Shown here: piece after piece, positions 1 through 10,405 of the stretch | How the letters are laid out: each line of letters starts with the position of its first letter | Position numbering within the stretch: position 1 is the first letter of the stretch | NCBI GenBank assembly: GCA_002269645.1 | Contig: NIVC01001888.1 | Span: 124,001-188,000, forward strand | DNA: 64,000 bases | Direction of reading: 5' to 3' | Origin: Macrostomum lignano | Taxonomy: Eukaryota | Position numbers and translations under genes: made by a program | The notes under the pieces: generated by a model | The model's input: only the letters and a program-made list of their open reading frames with translations | The model's database searches: none | What the model was told of the DNA's origin: nothing

Positions 1-1
1 G

Positions 2-763
2 TTCCTGACATTGGCTGTCCGACTTTGTCCCGGCCTTGGCCATCTGCAGCTGCTGGACGCGGTCGGCAGCAACTTGCCGAGATTCCTCCGCACTGCCAGG
101 TGTCGCCGGCTGGTGAGTCTTCGATTGGACCGAGTCTACCCGGAGCGCGGCACTTCTCAGCTATTTTTTGCTCACGTTGCTCGTCGATTCCCCCGACTGT
201 CGCGGTTGTCGTTAAACGCCGCTACAGCCGGCGATGCGCCCGCCGCTTTGGCCTCTCTAGCGCCGCTTCGATTTCGACTTCGCCGGCTGCGCTTTGGCAT
301 CGGTGGCGACTGTCGCGGCGGTGCTGGCGGCAGTGAGAACTGTCGCCTGCAGGCCTTGCTGAGCGCCCTGCCTTCGCCGATGCTGGCGCACTTGCGATTG
401 ATCTCGCTGGACCTGTCCAACCTCCGGCTGCCGGCCGCTCCGGAAGACAGTCTCAGACCGTTGCAGGCCGCCGCCAACTTGACCTGCCTGCGTCTCGACG
501 GCAACTTCTTTCCGCAACTGGCGCCGGCGTCCTTAGCCGAAGCGTTGCGTTCGCTGCGTCACCGGCTGCGCTGCCTCCGTCTGGCCGAAATGTCTCCATC
601 GGCTACTCCGGATGCCTGCTGCTCGCCGGCTGTCATCGACGCTCTGTTCCGACGCCGGATGCCGGCGCTTCGCTCGCTCACCGTTGGACTCCGGAGATTT
701 GTCGATAGGCACGCCGGCGCCGTAGCGCGCGCCGCCCGAGGCTGCGTCGACTCGCCTTTCTAA
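2..763 (+). CDS. Leucine-rich-repeat (RNI/F-box-LRR-like) protein, 5'-partial
   Basis: Frame is open from the window start to TAA at 761-763. Repeated LxxLxL motifs (LVSLRL, LSRLSL, LRRLRF, LISLDLSNL, LTCLRLDGN, LRCLRL, LRSLTV) in GC-rich coding-like sequence. Confidence 0.6.
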   Translation, partial: FLTLAVRLCPGLGHLQLLDAVGSNLPRFLRTARCRRLVSLRLDRVYPERGTSQLFFAHVARRFPRLSRLSLNAATAGDAPAALASLAPLRFRLRRLRFGIGGDCRGGAGGSENCRLQALLSALPSPMLAHLRLISLDLSNLRLPAAPEDSLRPLQAAANLTCLRLDGNFFPQLAPASLAEALRSLRHRLRCLRLAEMSPSATPDACCSPAVIDALFRRRMPALRSLTVGLRRFVDRHAGAVARAARGCVDSPF

Positions 764-1315
764 ACTGCGGCATCGGCGCCGACACTCTGCGTCGGCTGTT
801 GCTGCCGATTGGCTCGCCGTTTCCAAGCGCTCGGCGTCCGCGTCGGCTCCGCCTGTTGGCCGTGGTTGCGGGCTTGTTTGGCTCGAAATTAGAAATGGAT
901 GGGGTTGAGAGTGGTCAAGATGTTACGGAGAAGCGCAGCATCGGGTATTGTGTAAGAGGATTGAGTATCGATCGCGAAGCTGACTGTCTGCGCTGCGTCA
1001 GCCTGAGCGCTCCGGCTTCGGTTCATGCTGGCCTGGAGTCGCTGCTGACTTTAGCCCTACCGCCGGAGCCGTATTTCGTTCGCTTGAGTTCCGCCGACTC
1101 AGCCGCGTCTGGAATGTCGATGATCGACAGTTGGATGACGGCGGGTTGGCTGACGCCCCGGCTGGCTGCAGGCGGAAGGGCTGGTGGCGCGGAGCCCCTG
1201 GCTTTGATTGGTCACTTAGTGCATGATCGCTGGTGCGTCTGCGAGACCCGCGGGCCCGCCGAAGCTTTCTCGGCTGCCGTTCTGCGGGACTGACTTTGCT
1301 GCGCTCTGGGCTCGA

Positions 1316-1930
1316 AACTTCATGTTTCTCAAACTTCAATAAACTTCATGCTTCTCAAACTTCAATAAACTTCATGTTTCTCAAACTTCAATAAACTTCA
1401 TGTTTCTCAAACTTCAATAAACTTCATGTTTCTCAAACTTCAATAAACTTCATGTTTCTCAAACTTCAATAAACTTCATGTTTCTCAAACTTCAATAAAC
1501 TTCATGTTTTTCAAACTTACTGAACCTCATGTTTCTCAAACTTCACTAAACTTCATGTTTCTCAAACTTCACTAAACCTCATGTTTCTCAAACTTCACTA
1601 AACCTCATGTTTCTCAAACTTCACTAAACTTCATGTTTCTCAAACTTCACTAAACTTCATGTTTCTCAAACTTCACTAAACTTCATGTTTCTCAAACTTC
1701 ACTAAACTTCATGTTTCTCAAACTTCACTAAACTTCATGTTTCTCAAACTTCACTAAACCTCATGTTTCTCAAACTTCACTAAACTTCATGTTTCTCAAA
1801 CTTCACTAAACCTCATGTTTCTCAAACTTCTCTAAACCTCATGTTTCTCAAACTTCACTAAACTTCATGTTTCTCAAACTTCACTAAACCTCATGTTTCT
1901 CAAACTTCACTAAACTTCATGTTCCCTAAA
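1316..1930. repeat. 26-bp minisatellite (AAACTTCATGTTTCTCAAACTTCAAT / ...CACT variant), about 23 copies
   Basis: Tandem units read directly from the sequence. Confidence 0.95.
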
Positions 1931-2302
1931 CTTCAATTCCCAACTGGCTTCCCTAACACACAAAAGTTGTGGAATATGAAGTTGCCATGGGCTTAGCTGT
2001 TGTTACATATGTACTTTTTGTCTCTGTTGGCATTCCATGCAATAATCTTCTATGAGCTTTTCCTACATTCCTTATATTTTTAATAAATTGGTGTGTTTAA
2101 AGTTGCAATCTTATGCGATAGATGGAGAGCAAAATTTATTCATATTTACTATACCACCGGAATATGCAAAAAACCGAAACATCAGTTAACACTTCTTTAT
2201 TATTTTTTACTGATTTTAGATTTGTATTGACGGTATGGTGTTTACAGTAGTACTGTGTGCGAGTAAGTTCTGAGACAATACACTAAAAATAACAATGCAA
2301 TA

Positions 2303-3613
2303 CGAGGAGTGATCAAAAAGTTCTGCAAGTGACCTCACAACTCAGTGTTACAGCAGCCGAGGCGTCAAATCAGTGTCACATTCCCTCAAAGTACTTTCCA
2401 CCACCATCTATGCACCATCGCAATGCCTATGCACCATGTCTGAAAGCAGTCGTGGTACTCCGAAGTTGGTATACCCTGTAGAGCTGAATTTACCGCTTGG
2501 GCAAGCTCTTGTATGTGTTAAAACGGCCTCGCAGAAATGACGGATTTGATCCTCGGGAACAGCCAAAAGTTGCATGGTGCTAGATCTGGATGGATGGGGC
2601 AGCAGCTGGACCCCCTGCTGCTCCAGGTACGCCATGGTTGAGGCCGCTCTGTGCGGTGCCGCATTGTCATGGACTGGTGCAGCAGGAGTCGAGGTCCATG
2701 TCTGGTTCGCGCACGTTCCCGCCGCTCCTGCAGCACGCCTGGCAGAACAGTGTCTGTGTAGTACCTGGCAGTCACTGTGGCACCCGCTGGAAGGATGTTC
2801 ACCGATACAACACCCTGAGAGTTGAAAAAATGATGAATATCCGCTTCCGACTGCGGAATCCGGTCTTCAGCACCTTGGGCCTCGGGCTCATCTTCTGCTA
2901 GCCAGACCATGTTGGACTGCTTATCCTTCATGGTAAAAGAAGGAGATCCAACATTCGTCTCCTGTGATGACATCCGACAGTCGTCGTGGGCCGTGAGGGT
3001 CAAACATTTGCACCCACAAGCGACAGATCTCTGCTTGCTGCTCCGGAGTGAGAAGATGGGGTACTCACCGAGCGCAGGTCTTTGTGCGGCCTAGTTGCTC
3101 ATGCATGATGTAATGAGCACTTCCATAGCTGACACCAAGCTCATTGGCAAGGAATCTCAGCATAATGCTCCAATCCTCACGAATTATTGCATCGGCATGG
3201 GCCACAACATCTTCGGTCACGGATGTCCGGGGTCGGCCAGAACTCGGTTCATCGTTAAAGCTGTCCCGGCCTTCCAAGAAATGGCGCAGCCAGCGGGCAA
3301 CCGTGTCAAATGATGGAGCAGAGTCAGCTAAAACATTCACCAGATCGGTATGAATCTCAGTCACTTTGCAACCAAGTTGCATGCACAAAGATATAGAAGC
3401 GAACACTGTCTTTATGATGTTTCCATCAGCTACTGAAAACACATGGAAAATATATGGCTGTGAAATTTGACTGGAGCACATTTGGAAGCCAAAATTGCAT
3501 ATAGCTAAATATAGCAAACAGATATAGCCGCATATGTGTAAGTTTTTGGCTTTTGCCGATTCTATAACTAAGAGCTATAACAAAAGGTTGCAAAACTTTT
3601 TGATCACCCCTCG
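2303..3613 (-). mobile_element. Full-length (1.31 kb) inactive mariner (Tc1/mariner DD34D type) DNA transposon
   Basis: 26-bp TIRs CGAGGAGTGATCAAAAAGTTCTGCAA / TTGCAAAACTTTTTGATCACCCCTCG (2 mismatches), TA TSDs at 2301-2302 and 3614-3615. Minus-strand transposase fragments: HTH region, GRPRT, AR*VPHLL (WVPHLL with TGA), VITGDECW, HDNA, PDLAPCNFWLFP. Stop and frameshifts present. Confidence 0.95.
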
Positions 3614-4663
3614 TATAGAATTGGACCAGCGCAATCAGATTCAATAACAATAGACACAGTACGAATGCTCGCGTTTGCGAAAGCACTGTTTAATAACAGC
3701 GGGAGTAAGAGCTCTAAAGTAGCTCACCATAAAACTGATGGATAAATATGATTAAATGAAGGCGGGATAAAAATCCTGCAATGTTGGCCCAATTTAAGGC
3801 ACAGCACAAAAAATTAACGCGTCAGGAATCAGAACTTCGATCTGCCATCCTAGAAGACTCAAGGAGTAGCTAGTTCAGATTTCAATGGGATACTTTGGCC
3901 GTATGATTAAATAAAGTGAGAATTTGCTCAGCAGTTTTTGCTTAAACTCTAAGTGAGGGAAGTCTTCATATAACTGAGTCTATCGACCTGAAGCTCAATA
4001 TTTTTGGTCGACTAGAGACTATAGTTTCTACTTGAGCATTGATTGAGAAAAGATGATTGTTTTTGGCAAAAGTTTGAGCGAATGCTCACTTATATTCATC
4101 CGGCCAAATGAGTACAGCATGCACCATTAACAAAAAAGGTCGAAGCACAAAATCAGGCACTTTTCTATTGAAAAGTTTGAGAGGCTGTTGCTAGTTTCTT
4201 TTTAAAATTTTAATACAGGTTGAAATCAGAAATTTAAGGCTCGGTCACACCGCTATCAAATGCAGTCACGCATTTGAACAAACTTCTAATAGAATTTCGA
4301 GTATAGCTAGTATCTGGCAAAAACATCTGACCCGTGGCACTTCCTGACTTCCAGTACTTCATAAGACCGAATTACACAGCACCGAAAAGGCATAAAAACC
4401 TTAAAAGCAGAGTCCTTCATAAGATCTTTTGATGGGGCTTATAACCATGTACAAGCATGCTGAAGCATGATGGAGTTTATTGCAAGAATTTCAATTACGT
4501 TTATATTTTGATCGCATGGATCGAGGATGCTGCGTTTTGATTCTGTTGTCGTGGTGAGATTCTGGTCTTATGAAAAGTGTCAACGACGTTTGACAGCCTC
4601 AATTTGAATAGCTACCACTCTGGCAGCCAGCCATTTGACTGCCAAAAACGATTATAACTTAAC

Positions 4664-5142
4664 CAGGGCCACATGCGGCCCACGAAGCCTCTCTATCCGG
4701 CCCTCGGGTCCTTTGAACCTTCACAGTGGGAATCCGGCCCGCTCAAGATGCGACTCTTCGGCTCCTTTGTCAGTTCTCTCCTCTCCACTCTCCTCCTCTT
4801 TCTCATCTCTCCTCTTTTCTTTTCTCACATCTCATCTCGTTTCTTCTCTCCCTATTAACCTTCTTATCTCTCTTATTTCTCTCCTTTTTTCTCTCTTATC
4901 TTCTCTCTCATCTCCTCTCTCCTCTCATCTTTTTCTTCGCTTCTCTTATCTTCTCTCTCATCTCTCCAATTTTCTCTCTTCTTATCTTCTCTTATTGCAT
5001 CTCTCATCTCGCCTCTCACTTCTCATCTCTTTCCTCTTCTCTCTTCTCTATTCCTAATTTTCTTTTCTCTCTCATCCGGCCCGCGGCAATGATCTATAAA
5101 TTCCTTATCTGACCCTGAGGTACAAAATTTTTCCGATCCCTG
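4664..5142. mobile_element. Possible hAT-type MITE remnant interrupted by CT-rich low-complexity sequence
   Basis: GGGCCACATGCGGCCC and repeated ATCCGGCCC motifs, ending ...CCGATCCCTG, resemble non-autonomous hAT elements. No TSD verified. Confidence 0.35.
4770..5075. repeat. CT-rich low-complexity tract
   Basis: Almost pure pyrimidine on the + strand. Confidence 0.9.
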
Positions 5143-5307
5143 ACTCAAACCCCTAACCTAAATTGCTAGTGGGTAAAATTCTCTTTCGGCAGTCAAAAGT
5201 CTGGCTCCCCTTTGAAAGATTTTTGTTCCATCGGTCTTGCGACCGACCCAGTCTTAGAGGTCCTTATAGAATCACTGCAGAATGCACAACTGCCGTCAGA
5301 ACTTGAG

Positions 5308-6610
5308 CTAATAGAGCTTCCCATTGTTTTCACCATCATCAGTTTTGTCGGCACCGGGATCTGATCCATGTCCGACAGTGTTGGACAGACGACGGGACCT
5401 GCGAAACACGTCGCTTCGCAGTAGGATGACAAAGAGGGCCGGATTGATGAGGTTCATGATGCACATTGCGCCGCCTAGCAGGCACAAGTAGGCGGTGTCT
5501 ATGCGGCTACGCTCGGCCACTATGCCGTAGGTGATGCGAGCTAAGCAGTAGCCGCGGCACAGCAAAAATGTGGCCAGATTAATCAGCGCATTTAACCGAT
5601 AGACTGGAGCCGTGAATGAGACGCGCAGCATTTGCATCAGTTTGCGCAGGTGAAGAAAAATTGAATTCACCTCGGTGAGCAAAGCCACAGCTGTGTAGCC
5701 AATGAACATCCGATTAGATAAGTTGTAGACAAATGTTGATATCACCTGTGAGTGTAGAAATGTGTTTATATTGATCTTTATCTATAGTAGCTTATGTCAT
5801 ACACCTATATCAATATAGATTTAGTCAATAATTAATTATTCTTTGTTAAAACAGTCAAACTGCTAAGTTTATTGTGCCTAAGATACTAAAAAGTTGCTTT
5901 CAATGGGGTAAAAATTTGCATTCTATAATGAGATCCCATTAAAAATGATAACAGTCTAAGCTTATACTTACAGCAATATGATGAAGACTTAGCTCCCATT
6001 CCTTGAGCAACTTTCCTTGAATTAGGAGGTCCATAAAGTCGTAGAAAAAGTATCCTAGAAATATATTTGTGAAGAAGAAATGCATATTTCTTAGATCAAA
6101 AATTTTAGTAATAGAAGTATAAATGAAAATATTCAAACCTGTTGATATGGCAACCATATAGTATGTAAATGGAGATATATGGTTTATCAAATCCTGCCAC
6201 ATCTCAGGATACAAGTAGAAACTACAATTAATAAAGAAATAGTGAGAGCAGACACTACTTAATATAAAAAACTTGTCTTTATGTTTTATGTTAATAAATC
6301 AGGATAATATTACATGTTATTTAAACACCCTCTTTAAAAGATCAATAAGAACCAATAATACTTACCAAGAAAGGTCCCATATGCCAATTATTAGAGCATG
6401 AATCCACGATAGAAGAAGATTTTTCCATTTCCATAACTCCTCTTGATTTTTCGCTCGATGTACAATGATTCTTGGGGGTCCAATCACGGTTAAAATTTGA
6501 TTTAGTAATCCGAAAATTGCAATAGTAAATAAAGCGGCACAAAATCCTCCCTTCACAGAAACTACACCAGCTTCGTTAGGAAAAGCATATTTGTAGAGTT
6601 CATTTTTCAT
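5308..6610 (-). CDS. TLC (TRAM/LAG1/CLN8) domain membrane protein, TLCD1/2-like; 4 exons (6610-6366, 6221-6139, 6054-5972, 5745-5308), 282 aa
   Basis: All three introns are GT-AG and phase-compatible (849 nt total). Motifs SWIHALI, GYFFYD, LHHIA and LLTEVNSIFLHLRKL are typical of the TLC domain. Confidence 0.85.
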
Positions 6611-7599
6611 CTGAACTACTCAAGAGAACACAAAGTCTATAAATAACTAGCTAATGCTAGAGCCAAACCGTAAGGCGTTGGGTTGTTACGTGAGCGTGGC
6701 AACATTAAAGTTTATCTTTGTAATTCTCCAAGTTAAAATTGTGAAGTTATACATTTAAAACGGAAATAACAACATTTTCGTCAGAATTCAAGATATATTC
6801 ATATAATGCAACAAGAGAAAATACAGCTTTTTACTTAATATAAATTTATTATTTAGAACTTTCCCAGTATTTTTATCGCAAAACACTTTGTAATTGTAAC
6901 AGAAACTTATAGTGCAAATAAGTCGTAAAAACCAATGCAACATTGTCCGAGCCCGAGAGCTTGCTTATACGAGCTATTCATCTTAAGAACAACTTGAAAT
7001 CGTTCATAGTGGTCATTGATTCGTCTACGAAGTGAAAATATCAGGTAATACATATTCAAAATGCCTATATAATTCACAACAAAATTTAATATTACATGTA
7101 CGCGCTCGTATAAATTTAGAACCCAAGTGTACGTATTCTTTAAATCAAAACATGCATGGACAACTGAATTTGTATAGTAGCTATTAGACTTATAATTCAG
7201 CTGGTCCATGGATGAAACTACATGTGTACAAATGTATACACATAAGAACTGTAAACATGTACTGTAAATTCACGAGGTCTTTCGCGGGTACGAGATAATC
7301 TTCGCGGGCAGCATATGCAGCAGTTGAAGCCAGGTTCCGGATAAGCAATTAAGATTATACATGTACATGTAAAGCTATAAATTTTACTATAAAACCAACA
7401 TATACTGATGTACATGTTAAGTATAGCTAGTAGGTACCTGATACCTTAAAGCACGAAAACTACTATGTATTTTCTGTTAATAGATTCTATATACTAATTA
7501 GTTAAGACCAAACTCCTTGCTTAAAAAATCAATTTAATAAGTAGTAAATTTATCAATAAGGTTTTATCTATCTTTCATAAGAGCCCGAGTTGTCAAGTT

Positions 7600-7810
7600 T
7601 AAAAGATCGGCACGTACGTTTCCGCTCTGACTTGCACTGACTGCACGTGAGCGACAGGGCTGACCAACTTAAAAATATTACATTAACAAAAAGTGCAACT
7701 ACCTACAAAATACAGCTGTTTGACCTGGGCTGGGTGACTGGGATTGGTGCTGTTAATAGAGATTGATTCGCGTGTAAGACAATCACCTTAGCTTTGTTTG
7801 CACTGCCCAC
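7600..7810 (-). promoter_or_regulatory. Diverged paralog of the peptide-gene upstream region
   Basis: Reverse complement aligns by eye to 14210-14430: GCAGTGCAAACAAAG...AAGGTGATTGTCTTACACGC, CACCAATCCCAGT.ACCCAGCCCA.GTCAAACAG, CACGTG, ATCGGCACGT..TTCCGCTC. Confidence 0.6.
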
Positions 7811-8137
7811 AAGTATTAACGGCCTTGGATCGAGCTGGGTTGCTCCATCAACACAATGCGTATTCGTTAGGGGTGCTTAATTGTATTGGATTATCTGCCG
7901 GGAGGAGTGCGATTCTCAAGTTGTGGTGAAGTGATCCTCAGTTTGGAGCAGTGCTTATTTGACATTTATTTGACTGCCAATCAATGGAATGTAGCTGGAT
8001 CTGTAACTGGATGATTAATTTTTTGCCTTCTCATTGATTTCTACTTCAGAATATAAAAAAAGTGTTGGGAGAGTTATATATGTTGAAAATGCCAGTGCTT
8101 TGGTTTTGATCGACCGACTATCGGAAACACCAGCCGA

Positions 8138-8750
8138 GATCAGAAGCACCGGAGATAAGAAACGCAGAAGATCAGAAACACCGGAGATAAGAAACGCAGG
8201 AGATCAGAAACACCGGAGATAAGAAACGCAGGAGATCAGAAACACCGGAGATAAGAAACGCAGAAGATCAGAAGCACCGGAGATAAGAAACGCAGGAGAT
8301 CAGAAGCACCGGAGATAAGAAACGCAGAAGATCAGAAACACCGGAGATAAGAAACGCAGGAGATCAGAAACACCGGAGATAAGAAACGCAGAAGATCAGA
8401 AACACCGGAGATAAGAAACGCAGAAGATCAGAAACACCGGAGATAAGAAACGCAGGAGATCAGAAACACCGGAGATAAGAAACGCAGAAGATCAGAAACA
8501 CCGGAGATAAGAAACGCAGAAGATCAGAAACACCGGAGATAAGAAACGCAGGAGATCAGAAACACCGGAGATAAGAAACGCAGGAGATCAGAAACACCGG
8601 AGATAAGAAACGCAGAAGATCAGAAGCACCGGAGATAAGAAACGCAGGAGATCAGAAGCACCGCGGAGATAAGAAACGCAGGAGATCAGAAACACTGGAG
8701 ATAAGAAACGCAGGCGATCAGAAACACCGGGAGATCAGAAACACCGGAAA
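8138..8750. repeat. 32-bp minisatellite (GATCAGAAACACCGGAGATAAGAAACGCAG(A/G)A), about 19 copies
   Basis: Tandem units read directly. Confidence 0.95.
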
Positions 8751-9205
8751 CATTGAAGATCGTTTTCAGTATTGCCTGTGTAGATTTCTATGTATATTTT
8801 ATCTTCGGAAACTTGTTCACCAACCGCGGACTAAGCATTTCGACAAATTGCAAGCCGCTTCCATCAAGCTTGCCAAATTCTTCGAATGCAACGTCTTTCT
8901 ACGTTGATAGTTTCACATGCCAATCTCAAAACCCCAAACAAAATATCAATTATTACATTAAAAGCATGATGTTGTTGATTTCGATTTTCCATTAGTCTCT
9001 CATCTATAGCTACATGTACATGTAGCTTCAATGCTACAAAAGAATGTTGAGTCCGGAACGGTCATGCAGAGGTCGGCATGCCTTCATTTTGAATAAATAG
9101 GAGCTCCAATTGTTAAGCTTAAGCGTGTATTTGTGCTGCGTATTCGGGCACTTGGGCAGTCAGATCAGAGTCAAAGCCGGGGTTCTCCGAGCTCAGCTGC
9201 TCAGC

Positions 9206-9448
9206 TCAGAGCACCGCCTTGGCGACCTTGCCGGCCACGCGGATGGCCTTCCTCCAGCGGAAGCGCCTCCTCCTGCGCCACTTCTCGGCCGGCTGCAGGG
9301 CGCCGTCCTCGGACATGTCGGACTCCTCCAGGTTGGCCAGGGCCTCCAGCGCGTTCATCGCATCGGCGTCCTCGGCCTGCTCCGCGCTGGGAGCGGCGGC
9401 GGCCAGGGCCGTGCAGAGCAGAAGTCCGAGAGCGAGTTGCCACTTCAT
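9206..9448 (-). CDS. Secreted cationic peptide precursor (putative antimicrobial/cytolytic peptide), copy 1
   Basis: 80 aa, intronless. Hydrophobic signal peptide about 1-18, acidic propiece 19-55 (11 D/E), C-terminal KWRRRRRFRWRKAIRVAGKVAKAVL (8 R + 4 K). Strong GC3 bias. Confidence 0.85.
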   Translation of the reverse strand: MKWQLALGLLLCTALAAAAPSAEQAEDADAMNALEALANLEESDMSEDGALQPAEKWRRRRRFRWRKAIRVAGKVAKAVL

Positions 9449-10194
9449 GGTTGAGTTTGTTGCTGTGCGAGCTGATGAAGCTGAGAGTCTGTGACTACTA
9501 TTCCTGTTAATTGATCTCAGCCAGCTGCTTTAGGGGACGCATTTATGCAGCCGAAATCGGCACGTTTTTCCGCTCCGACTGCCTTCTGTTTGGACTGCTG
9601 GGCTGGCACGTGACAAGGGCTGACCTCTCCCAGATCGCACACTCTCTTTTCAATCATTTGAAACAAAGTTTCTGGTGGCAAATAGAACCGAATTCCTGTA
9701 TAATTACGAGTAATAAGGTTCTTGAACAAGCAACTTAATCTGTAAATTTACACTAGAGTTTTTTCGTTTAGTGTTACGTTTGTTTGAGCGGCTGTTGCAC
9801 TCTGGGGGTCTTGCTACTGCAAACACGGCCCTATTTGAATAGTCATCGAATTCACATTCTATTGAAATGCGCAATTTAATAGCTCTTGTAGCTTATGAGC
9901 ATCAGGAACTCGCGATGAAGAGAGCTGAGCTTCACGATGGAGAATCCATGATGAATACATTGAAATGATCGATAAAGCATAGGCGTAACAACATCCAAGA
10001 CTCTGGGGTTCCGTTTTAATTATTACTGATGATTGAATTCAGCATTTCTGATGTGAAATCCTTATACTTTTGTTTAATAAAAGATTTGTATAGAGAAGCC
10101 GTGTCTGAATTTCAAGGTTATCCACAAAGTCCCATATTAAATATGACTGATAACTGAGAATCATTTCCCCCAACAGCTAGATAATCATGCATTG

Positions 10195-10350
10195 CTCTTC
10201 AACTGAGAATCACTGCTCACAACTGCTCACAACTGAGCATCACTGCTTACACGTGAGAATCACTGCTCACAACTGAGAATCACTGCTCACAACTGAGAAT
10301 CACTGCTCACAACTGAGAATCACTGCTCACAACTGAGAATCACTGCTCTT
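10195..10350. repeat. 20-bp satellite CACTGCTCACAACTGAG(A/C)AT, short array (about 7 units)
   Basis: Tandem units read directly. Confidence 0.95.
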
Positions 10351-10405
10351 CACAGCTTCGGTACTCGTTAATAAGTATTAAGCATTTACCCTACCTGAGT
10401 CTTAA

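Noticed and set aside
799-1293. ORF downstream of the LRR-like gene
   Set aside because: No recognisable motifs, a non-ATG start, and GC-rich context where such ORFs arise by chance.
9110-9510. Overlapping antisense and alternate-frame ORFs over the peptide gene (also at 14475-14875 and 19747-20147)
   Set aside because: Shadow ORFs caused by high GC3 in the real CDS; they have no coherent protein features.
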